Assembly: GCF_036365525.1 (NCBI RefSeq)
Contig: NC_090376.1
Location: 1,423,802-1,487,801, forward strand
Length of the DNA stretch: 64,000 nt
From: Heterodontus francisci
Lineage: Eukaryota
Direction: 5' to 3'
The notes beneath the pieces were generated by a model that made no database searches, had not been told where the DNA came from, and was given only the letters and a program-made list of their open reading frames with translations. Made by a program: the position numbers and the translations under genes. This document shows, piece after piece, positions 25,498 to 35,689 of the stretch (position 1 is its first letter; each line of letters opens with the position of its first letter).

Positions 25498-26019
25498 AGA
25501 CTGGGTCTCTTTTCTCCTGGAAAAAAAGACTGAGCGATGACCTAATAGAGGTCTTTAAAAGGTTTTGTTACGATGGATAGAGAGAGAATGTTTCCTCTCG
25601 TGGTGAAGAGTAGAACTAGAGGCCATTGATTGAAGACAGTCATAAAGAAATCCAATTGGGAATTCAGAACTACTTGACCCAGAGAGTGGTGAGAATGTGA
25701 AACGCACTACCACAGGGAGTGGTGGAAGTGAATAGTATCGATACTTTTAAAGGGAAGCTAGACAAGCACATGAGGGAGAAGGGAATAGAGGGTCATGATG
25801 ATAGATTTAGCTGAGGAAGGATAGGAGGAGTCTCAAACAGAGCATAAACGCCAGCACGGACTGCTTGGGATGAATGGCCTGTTTCTGTGTTGTATATCCC
25901 ATGTAATGCTGTCATCATACCCCAGTAAGAGTCAGCTTTTGTAGACCTGTATCCTAGCAAGACTGGGAATTATGGAATCATTGTCAGTCATGTCTCTCCG
26001 ACAGTGCAGTGCTCCCTCG

Positions 26020-26525
26020 AACACTCTCGCCTCTGACAAAGAAGGTGCTACAATCAAGTCCCACTGAAGAACTCAAGCATGAAAATCAAAGCTGATATTC
26101 CAGTACAGTACTGAGGGAGTGCCACACTGTCAGAGGGAGCGCTGCACTGTCGGAGGGTCAGTACTGAGGGAGCGCTGCACTGTCGGAGGGTCAGTACTGA
26201 GGGAGTGCTGCACTGTCGGAGGTGCTGTCTTTCGGATGAGGTGTTTAGCCAAGGCCCCTTCTGCCATTTCAGGTGGATGTAAAAGATCCCATGGCATTAC
26301 TTTGAAGAGCGGGGGAGTTCTCCCCAGTGTTCTGGTCAATATTTACCCCTCAATCAACATCACAATAACAGATTATCTGGTCATTATTACATCGCTGCTT
26401 ATGGGATCTTGCTGTGTGTAAATTGGCTGCCTTATTTCCTACAACAGTGACCTCATTTCAGGTCTGCATTGGGACGTCCTGTGGTTGTGAAAAGTGCTTC
26501 AGAAATGCAAGTCTTTTCTTTACCT
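26020..26525 (+). mobile_element. Deu-domain SINE (SacSINE1/AmnSINE1-like) with an internal 33-bp tandem duplication
   Basis: actgagggagtgctgcactgtcggaggtgctgtctttcggatgag..aggtggatgtaaaagatcccatggca, the Deu-domain-type core. Confidence 0.75.
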
Positions 26526-26687
26526 TTTACAAAGGGCGGTGGACATACGGAGCACCCACCCACAAAAAGCTGTTGAGGCTGGGGTGGGGAGGGGTGTCAA
26601 TTGAAAATGGTATGGAGTTAATGGGATATGAACATAGACGGGTGAATGGAGTTAAGATACAGATCAACCATGATTTAATTGAGCAAC

Positions 26688-26886
26688 CTTCTTTCGCCTC
26701 GTTATCTCGAGAGACAATGGGTAAGCACCTGGAGGTGGTCAGTGGTTTGTGAAGCAGCGCCTGGAGTGGCTATAAAGGTCAATTCCAGAATGACAGACTC
26801 TTCCACAGGCGCTGCAGATAAAATTGGTTGTCGGGGCTGTTACACAGTTGGCTCTCCCCTTGCGCTTCTGTCTTTTTTCCTGCAAA
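26688..26886 (-). mobile_element. RTE-clade LINE 3' end with a 31-bp TSD
   Basis: Minus frame EKRQKRKG..FICSACGRVCHSGIDLYSHSRRC (RTE C-terminal zinc finger); direct repeat at 26657-26687 and 26887-26917. Confidence 0.8.
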
Positions 26887-27164
26887 ATACAGATCAACCA
26901 TGATTTAACTGAGCAACAGAACAGGCTTAATGGGCTGAATGGCCTATTCCTTGTCCTAATATTTCAGAACAGCCACAGATTAAGCAACCACTGTTATTAC
27001 AGCACATCGGGAATGCAAGCAGGCCTGGGCAGGTTAGTGTCCCACCCTGTGAATAGCTGCAACAACCTGTCTGTATCACAGCAGCTGGCAAAGCAAACCA
27101 TTCCAGCATCGCACTTCCGGCGTCTCCTCCCTCACCCCCGGAGCACACAGCGGCTCAACTCAGG

Positions 27165-28205
27165 ATTTGGGGCTGGGGGCTTTAGGGGGTCCTGGGATGG
27201 GGCTCTGAGGATGGAGTCCAGGCTGGGGACCCTGAGGATCTGGGTTTGGGATGGGGGTCCAGTCTGGGGGTCTGGGTCAGAAATGGGGGATCCAGGCAGG
27301 GGGTTTGGAGATGGGGGCCCTGGCTGGGGGTTTGGGGATGGGGGTCCAGTCTGGGGATTTGGGGGTGGGGGCCCCGGGGATCTGGTCAGGAATGGGGGAT
27401 CCAGGCTGGGGGTTTGGGGGTGTGGGTTCAGGCAGGGGTTTGGGGGGTTCAGGCTGGGGGTTTGGGGGTGGAGGTTCAGGCTGGGGGTTTTGGGGGTGGG
27501 GGCTCAGGCTGGGGGTTCAGGCAGGGGTTTTGGGGTTCAGGCTGGGGGTTTTGGGGGTGGGGGTTCAGGCTAGGGGTTTGAGGGGTTCAGGCTGGGGGTT
27601 TTGGGGGTGGGGTTCAGGCAGGGATTTTGGGGGTGGGGGTTCAGACGGGTTTTGGGAGATCAGGCTGGGGTTTTGGGGGTGGGGGTTCAGGCTGGGGGTT
27701 TTGGGGGTGGGGTTCAGACAGGGGGTTTGGGGAATCAGGCTGGGGGTTTTGGGGGTGGGGATTCAGGCTGGGGTTTTGAGGATGGGGGTTCAGGTTGGGG
27801 TTTTGTGGGTGGGGTTTGGGTTCAGGCTGGGGTTTTGGGGATGGGGATTCAGACTGGGGTTTTGGGGGTGGGGTTTTGGATTCAGACTGGGGTTTTGGGG
27901 GTGGGGTTTTGGGTTCAGGTTGGGGTTTTGGGGATGGGGTTTGGGGATGGGGGTTCAGGCTGGGATTTTGGGTTCAGGTTGGGGTTTTGGGGATGGGGTT
28001 CAGGTTGGGGTTTTGGGGATGGGGTTTGGGGATGGGGGTTCAGGCTGGGATTTTGGGTTCAGGTTGGGGTTTTGGGGATGGGGTTCAGACTGGGGTTTTT
28101 GGGGTGGGGTTTTGGGTTCAGGTTGGGGTTTTGGGGATGGGGGTTTAGGCTGGGGTTTTGGGGATGGGGTTCAGGCTGGGGTTTTGGGGATGGGGTTCAG
28201 GGTCA
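27165..28205. repeat. Degenerate G/T-rich tandem repeat (ggggttcaggctggggttttgggggt), G-quadruplex-prone
   Basis: Direct inspection; G4-G5 runs with short spacers. Confidence 0.88.
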
Positions 28206-28375
28206 AGGTGATTCAACAATTTATCCATTACTATGGGGAATTATGAGATTATTGTAGTGTTATGGGAAATTGCCCCATTACAAGAATGCGGGTCTTCACT
28301 GCCTGTGTGGTATTTTGGGATGGTTCCCCATTATTCAGGATTGTCCCTATTGGTTGCATGGTAGTTTGGGAGAAC

Positions 28376-28750
28376 ATGGGGGTACTGTAGCATTGTGATT
28401 ATGTTGAAAGGCCAGAGACATGAGTTCAAATCCCACCATGGCAGCTGGGGAATTTAAAATTCAGTTCATTGAATAAATCTGGAATAAAAAAAACAATCTT
28501 AGTAATGGTGCCATGAAACTATCGATTGTTGTAAAAACCCATCTGGTTCACTAATGTCCTTGAGGGAAGGAAATCTGCTGTCCTTACCTGGTCTGGCCTA
28601 CATGTGACTCCAGTCCCACAGCAATGTGGTTGACTCTTAACTGCCTTCTGAAATGGCCCATCAAACCACTCAGTTGTCAAGTAGGCAGATCACCGCCCTC
28701 ACAAGAGTAATAAATACTGGCCTCGTCAGTGAAGCCCACATCCTATTTAA
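28376..28750 (+). mobile_element. tRNA-derived SINE, same family as 8610-9077
   Basis: gagttcaaatcccacc..aaatctggaat..ccatgaaac..aaaacccatctggttcactaatgtcc. Confidence 0.75.
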
Positions 28751-28847
28751 CACAAAGAATTACAACAACTTGCACTTTTAATGCAGTAAAACCTCCCACA
28801 GCACTAATGAGTTCCTAATATTGCATGTTATTGACTAGATCTCTTAA

Positions 28848-29465
28848 TTTTTATTCATTCATGGGATGTGGGCATCACTAGTATGACCAGCATTTATTAC
28901 CCATCCCTAATTACCCTTGTGGTGGTGGTGGTGGTGGTGAACCATTGCAGTCCATCTGGTGCAGGTACACCCACAGAGCTGTTAGGAAGGTTGTTCCAGG
29001 ATTTTGACACAGTGACAGTGAAAGAACAGCGACATATTCCCAAGTCAGGATGGAGTACGGCCTGGAGGGGAACTTGCAGAAGGGTGAACATTTAAGGTGG
29101 TAGATGGGGTGTCAATCAAGCGGGCTGCTTTGTCCTGGATAGTGTCGAGCTTCTTGAGTGTTGTTGGAGCTGCACCCATCCAAGTGGCAAGTGGAGAGTA
29201 TTCCATCACACTCCTGACTTGTACCTTGTAGATGGTGGACAGGCTTTGGGGAATCAGGAGGTGAGTTACTCACCTCAGGATTCCTAGCCTCTGACCTGGT
29301 CTTCTATCCACAGTATTTATATGGCTACTCCAGTTCAGTTTCTGGTCAATGGTAACTCCCAGGATGTTGATAGTGGAGGATTCAGCAATCTTAACACCAT
29401 TGAATGTCAAGGGAAGATGGTTAGATTCCCTCTCGTTGGAGATGGTCATTGCCTGGCACTTTGTG
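28848..29465 (-). mobile_element. Internally deleted 3' fragment of the L2/CR1-group LINE
   Basis: Reverse complement of 22890-23255 and 23420-23655. Confidence 0.85.
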
Positions 29466-29494
29466 TTAACGAATATTATTTACATATTTTAAAG

Positions 29495-30040
29495 AAAAGT
29501 TTTTCAGGATCAGAGGATGTCCCAAAGCGCTTTAAAGCCAATGAAGTACTTTGAAGTGTAGTCACTGTTGTAATGTAGGAAACACAGCAGCTAAATCATG
29601 CACAGCAAGATCCCACAAACATTAATGCGATAATGAAGAAATAATTTTTTAAATGATGTTGATTGAGGAATAAATATTAGTCAGGAGACTAGGGAGAACT
29701 CCCCTGCTCTTCTTCGAAATAGTGCCATGGGATCAATTATGTCCACTTGAGGGGCCAGTCAGGGCCTCCATTTAACATCTCATTCCAAAAACAGCACCTC
29801 CAATGCTGCAGCAAGCGTCAGTCCTGACCTTCTGCCAGTGCGACGCTCCCTCAGTACTGACCCTCCAACTATGCGATGTTCCCTCAGTACTGACCCTCCG
29901 ACTGTGCGATGCTCCCTCAGTACTGACCCTCCAACTATGCGATGTTCCCTCAGTACTGACCCTCCGACTGTGCGATGTTCCCTCAGTACTGACCCTCCGA
30001 CTATGCAATGTTCCCTCAGTACTGACTCGCCAACAGTGCT
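29495..30040 (-). mobile_element. Deu-domain SINE with ~7 tandem 33-bp units
   Basis: Reverse complement of 26100-26500; ccctcagtactgaccctcc recurs every 33 bp. Confidence 0.75.
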
Positions 30041-31220
30041 GGATATTTAGAAAATCATAATGCAATCAGGCAGAGTCAACATGATTTTATAAAAGGGAAA
30101 TCATGTTTGACAAATTTATTAGAGTTCTTTGAAGATGTAACAAGCAGGGTGGATAAAGGCAAACCAGTAGATGTAGTGTATTTGGATTTCTAAAAGGCAT
30201 TCGATCAGGGGCCACATAAAAAGGTTACTACACAAGATAAGAACTCACGGTGTTGGGGTGATATATTAGCAAGGATAGAGGATTGGCTCACTAACAGGAA
30301 ACAGACAGTCAGGATAAATGGGGCATTTTCAGGTTGGCAACTGTAACTAGTGGAGTGCCACAGGGATCAGTGCTGGGGCCTCAACTATCTTCAATATAAC
30401 AATGACATGTATGAAGGAACCAAGTGTATTGTAGCCAAATTTGCTTAACAGTGCAGGATATTTAGAAAATCATAATGCTTGGGGCGGCACAGTGGTTAGC
30501 ACCGCAGCCTCACAGCTCCAGTGACCCGGGTACTGGGTACAGTTCTGGGTACTGCCTGTGCGGAGTTTGCATGTTCTCCCTGTGACCGCTGGGTGCTCCG
30601 GTTTCCTCCCAAAGACTTGCAGGTTGATAGGTAAATTGGCCATTGTAAATTGCCCCTAGTGTAGGTAGGTGGTAGGAGAATGGTGGGGATGTGGTAGGGA
30701 ATATGGGAGTAATGTAAGATTAGTATAAATGGGTGGTTGTTGGTCAGCACAGACTCGGTGGGCCGAAGGGCCTGTTTCAGTGCTGTATGTCTAAATAAAT
30801 AAAATAAATATGAAGATAGGTAGGATAGCAAGATGTGAGGAGGACACAAAGTGTTTACAAACGGATAATGATAGGTTAAATAAGTGGGCAAAAATTTGGC
30901 AGATAACTTGAGAAAATGTGAGGTTGTCCACTTTGGCAGGAAGATTAGAAAAGCAGATTATTTATGTGGAGACTGCAGAATGCTGCAGTACACAGGGATC
31001 TGGATGCCCCAGTACATGAATCATAAAAAGTTAGCATGCAGGTATAGCAAATAATTAGGAAGGCAAAGGGAATGGAATATAAATGTAGGGAAATCTTACT
31101 ATAAATATACAGGGCATTGATGAGACCGAACCTAGAGTACTGTGTACAGTTTTGGTCTTACTGAAGGAGAGATATACTTGCATTGGAAGTTCACAGAAGA
31201 CTCACTAGGCTGATTCCTAG
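30041..31220 (+). mobile_element. CR1 RT fragment interrupted by an HE1-like V-SINE (30481-30810)
   Basis: KGKSCLTNLLEFFEDVT..VDVVYLDF; V-SINE head, V-domain and tail present. Confidence 0.82.
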
Positions 31221-31605
31221 TTAGGAAGGGAGTTCCAGGATTGGTGCGTTGCTGCAGTGCATCTTGTAGATGGTACATACTGCTGCCACTGTGCGCCGGT
31301 GATGGAGGGAGTGAATGGTGAAGGTGGTGGATGGGGTGACGATCAAACAGGCTGCTTTGTCCTGGATGCTGTCGACCTTAAGTGTTACTTCGAATCATGA
31401 GATAAACATCTCAATTATTGCATGGAAAGAGATGCCATTCAGCCCCTCAAGCCTGTTCCACCATTCAATTAGATCACTGCTGATCTGTACCTCAATTCCA
31501 TCGAACCACCTTTACTCCACACCCCTTCAAACCCTTACCCAACAAACATCTATCATTCTCATTCTTCAAAACACCAAGTGTCTGCAGCATTTTGGGGGGA
31601 AAGTG

Positions 31606-32578
31606 TGTTATGACCTCAATGAGACCACAAACGTTAAAAATACAAGATATGAACCCAATTTAAAGAATTACACGACAAGATTTCACATTTTAAGACTTTT
31701 ATTATAACTAAACTAAAAGAAATCACCGTTAACTAAACAGTACTTTGTAAGTAGTTGATACCCCAAATTACAGAGCTATTTACTTATTAAAACACTTGTA
31801 AACTTCACACACACATTACACAGTCCTCTTTGATGGTGAAACTTCTGTGGTTAAAAGTTCCAAACTCCTCCCAGTTGCAATGGGTTGGATCTCCCAGACC
31901 TTTCTCAAAGTTTTGTCCTCTTCGCTCACTTCCCCGAGCACTTTCAACCTGGACGTCCGTGAATAAGGCAATTCCTGGTGATACCGCCAGTCTTCTACTT
32001 CTCCGCAAACCTCAACTTTCAAAGCAAGTTCAAGTCTTTGCAACCTTTCGCTGTTTCAGTATTCTATGAGAGGAGTTGCCTCTCTCTCCTTTGAGGTTAT
32101 CACTGCTGCTTGTCTTCCTTTCTCACAGCCTGCTCTGAGGTTGCAACCGTTGGCCAGTCTTCTGTACAGCCTGTCTGCCTTCAGAAACTCTTACATTTAT
32201 GTGGAATCAAGCTTACTGTTTATTGTTCTCTTCCATTATGCAAAGTCCCAAAGTCTGGTTTCACAGAACCACATGGGTCTTCTGTTGTTCAGGTGTTAAC
32301 AGCTGCTTGGGACATTTGCATCCTCAGCATCACTGACTCCTTTGTTTACAATCCGAAAGTCTGGCAGGCTGAAACCATTGTTCTTCAGCTGTTATCCCTG
32401 CAGTCTCTTGCTTTTTCAAAAAAAGTCTTTGATCTGTGTTCTTGGTTGTCCTAGTAACCAAGATTTCTGTCTTGTCCTTTAGCAGAGTGGACGTGAGGTC
32501 ACCTGACCTTCCAGACTCCATCTTAAACTTTTAAAAATCAGTTCTTTAAAACAATGTTAAAGTCCAGCGTTCATAACA
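31606..32578 (-). mobile_element. Solo LTR (973 bp), Gypsy-type termini
   Basis: Perfect terminal inverted repeat TGTTATGA...TCATAACA; 4-bp flanks agtg/agag; host minus-strand CR1 continues on both sides; AATAAA on the minus strand near 31700. Confidence 0.75.
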
Positions 32579-33919
32579 AGAGTTCCAGATTTCCACAGTT
32601 GTGTGTGAAGAAGCACTTCTTCACATCACTCCTGAACAGCCTAGCTCAAATTTTAAGGTAATGCTCCCTTTTTGAGTTCTCCCCACCACAAAAAATGGTT
32701 TCTATCTACCCTATTAAATTCTTTTCACATTTTTAGTGTGTCAGTGGAATCATCTTTTAATCTTCTATATTCAAGGCAGTACAAGTCTAGTCTACACAAT
32801 CTGACCTCAATGTAACCCTGTAAGCCTCAGTGCCATTCTGGTGAATCTGGACTGCACTAAGGTCAATATATCCTTCCTGCTGTGCAGTGCCCAGACCTGA
32901 ACACACTTAGTCCAGATAACGTCTCACGGCCACTCTGGACAACTGCAGCATCATTTCCTCACTTTGCATTCCTTTGTAACCTCCTGCTCCAACCTTCCTC
33001 CTAACTTTGTTTCTGTTGCAAACTTGGATATAAAACTCCTCATTTCTTCATCTAAGTCATGACTAAATATGGTGAAAAGCTGGGGCCCCAGTACAGATCC
33101 CTGGGGATTATCATCTCATGTCCTGGCAATCAGATCATGCACTTAATCCCGACTATCTGTGTCTGACTTCCCAATCAGTTGCTGACACCTCACAAGGTTA
33201 CATCCAATTCTATGGGCTTTCATTTTTACTAATGAAATTAGCAAACTCTGCAGCATTGGTCAATCAATCTGGGACCACGCTGCCAGGCAAGTTGCTCGTA
33301 ATTTCTCTGGCCCTCTCCTCAGCATTAACTCCCTCACATGCACATAACACGGCCTACCTCCCCCTCCCGAAGCAGTGGGGTTCGGGGAGGTGACTGAAAG
33401 AGTGATCAGAGGCAGCTTAGAAAGGCTTTCTGAAGGTGGGAAGAGGGTTCACATCTCCTTCCCTTCCCATCCCACCCTACCCCTCTCCCACCACCCCTCC
33501 TTCCCCCCTCCCCACCCCATAGCCTCCCTACACCCCCACCAGCTCCCTCATCCCTCCTCCTCTCCCTCTGCACTACCTCCCCTACGCCCATGTTCTGTTA
33601 AAATGTCTGTACAAGCACCACACCTACATCTTGCTGTTATAAACATTGTTACCACAGACAAATCCCAGCCCTGAAACTAACCCCTCACTTCCTGAGTTCA
33701 TTGCCTTCCCGTCTCACGATTAAAATAACAGAAACCAACCTCAGCCTGGGCCGAGTGGCCGAGAATAGGAATAAAAATACACACATCAAATTCAACAAAT
33801 TGGGACATTTTAATACCTTAAAAAGGGAGATGGAAGTGAATTTTTTAAAATAAAATCACCAGTTCTATGCTCCGAGATTAGAAACCAGAAAGTTCTAAAA
33901 ATACTCAGCAGGTGCAGGT

Positions 33920-34390
33920 AATGGGGGGGGGGGGGTGGAAAGAGGGAGGAGCGCAGGGCAGGGATGGAGTTGGGGAGACAGGGGCACACATGAGGGGAGG
34001 GAGCAGGGTGCAGATGAGTGAGGGAGAAGAGAGGGGAGGGAGCAGATGTAGGCAGGGCTGAGGGGGCACAGGTGTGGGGTGGGGGGGGGGAAAGTTGAGC
34101 AGGCATGGCTCAGCGCAAGGGATAAAGGGGGGGCGCAGGTGCTGGCAGGGGGAGGGAGGGAGCAGGTGCAGGCGCTGGTGAGGGGGGAGGAGCGCAGGGC
34201 AGGGGGGTTGAGCAGGAGGAGTGCAGCACAGGGTTGGGAGGGAAGACGGGGGCGCAGGTGAGGGGAGGGAGAAGGGTGCAGGTGAGGGGAGAGGGAAGTG
34301 AGGGGAAGGGGCAGGATGCAGGCGGGGGGGGGGGGCGCGAAGGGGGAGGGATGCAGGCATGGGAGAGGGGAAGAGGAGCGCAGGGAAGAT
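33920..34390. repeat. G-rich low-complexity tract (gcagg/gggga motifs)
   Basis: Direct inspection. Confidence 0.7.
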
Positions 34391-34551
34391 TTCTGCCCAA
34401 TTGTCAACCAATCCTGCTTGCTGTGTATCTCCAGAATTCCCCAATATTCCTGACTTTTGCTATTTACCTTATTAGTTTATTTTTATATTAATAAATTTAA
34501 ACACCACAAACAGCACAGTACAGATAATGCAGAGTTAAAGAAGATATATTT

Positions 34552-34557
34552 TTTAAT
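34552..34557 (-). promoter_or_regulatory. Candidate polyadenylation signal (ATTAAA) of ARFIP2
   Basis: About 900 nt of unique sequence after the stop codon; followed on the minus strand by GU-rich tgtactgtgctgtttgtggtgtt. Confidence 0.5.
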
Positions 34558-35458
34558 ACACCACACAACTCTCACTCTGCAAACATTTTCAACACTGGGG
34601 ATCCCCCTCAAAGTGGCAACTCCATGGATAGTGCAACAGTTTCTCAGTGACATCACACAATAGTGTAACTTTCCTCCTCCACAATCTCAGAGGGTTTAAT
34701 AAATATTCCAAGTTTGGAAATCACACCCCACCACCCCATAGCCGGGTAGACAGGATAAACCCAAGGGCCACACTGGGAACAGGGTGTCAGTCTTAGCCCC
34801 TGCTCTTCCCTCTGGGCTCCCCTCCCCCAGCACAGCACCACAGGGTCCGCAGCCTCTCCGGATGGAGAAGCCCAGTATGAAAATGTACCATTCATCCAAT
34901 GTACCAATCAGTATCAGCAACTGTGCTCACCGGAATGTCTACAGCAACTCACCACCAGCAGAAACACACCCCTCTCCCCCTCAAACTTACCCTCTGCAAA
35001 GTGCTGAGCACGGTGCAAATAAAAAACAAGGTCCCCTTTAAAACAGCCTGTTCCCCATTAACCGCAGCACCCCCAGGACCAGAGCAAAAAAGCTGTTGGG
35101 GTCCCAGAAGGGGGACCACCAGGTACCAGTACAGCCTGTGTAATCCACAGAAGGAATATATACAAACTAGGAGCGTGCTCCGAGCTCCGACATAAACACG
35201 CACGCACAGTCCCATCGCACCTTAGTGTTTGATTTGTATAAGATTATGCATTCGAGAAATCTGAAAATGATTCGAATTTAAGCAACCAGGAAATTCCCCT
35301 ATAATTCTAACACATCGGAGAGTTTGTTTCAAACACACTGACTTCAAATGATATTTTTTGGGGTTTTTTTTGTGTTTAATGCAGCTCGTTTGTTCTGCTC
35401 TTCCTCGTTGCTCCTGACTCTGCCCCTTTCACTGGTCCTGCTCCAAATCCATTTGTCA

Positions 35459-35614
35459 TCACTGCTCCTCCAGCCACGAGGGCTTGTCAGAGCCGGGCCC
35501 CTTCACCTTCACATTGAATTGTTTCAGCGTCTGCTCCAGCTGCTGTTGGTTCCCTGCAAAGTAAGCCGAGATGGCATTGTGGAACAGAAGCAGTTGTTTG
35601 TGCATCACTTTCAC
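35459..35614 (-). CDS. ARFIP2: Arfaptin-2, last coding exon
   Basis: cgacag|[51 protein letters not shown], the arfaptin-2 C-terminus. Confidence 0.97.
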   Translation of the reverse strand: MKVMHKQLLLFHNAISAYFAGNQQQLEQTLKQFNVKVKGPGSDKPSWLEEQ

Positions 35615-35689
35615 CTGTCGAGACAAAGCACAAGGCAGGTCAGCCTCATCACTCCACCCTAAATCAATCCTGTTTAAGGGCAATGGGGA

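Larger units (their letters stand above)
20750..25900 (+). mobile_element. Old plus-strand CR1 (pieces 20750-21545, 24370-24791, 25498-25900) hosting nested insertions
   Basis: CR1 RT sequence is collinear across the three pieces; minus-strand CR1 3' pieces lie at 21546-21795 and 23663-24368. Confidence 0.8.

Noticed and set aside
26824-28257. Gly/Trp/Phe-rich ORFs resembling glycine-rich structural proteins
   Set aside because: All three frames are open in a G/T-rich repeat with frequent indels
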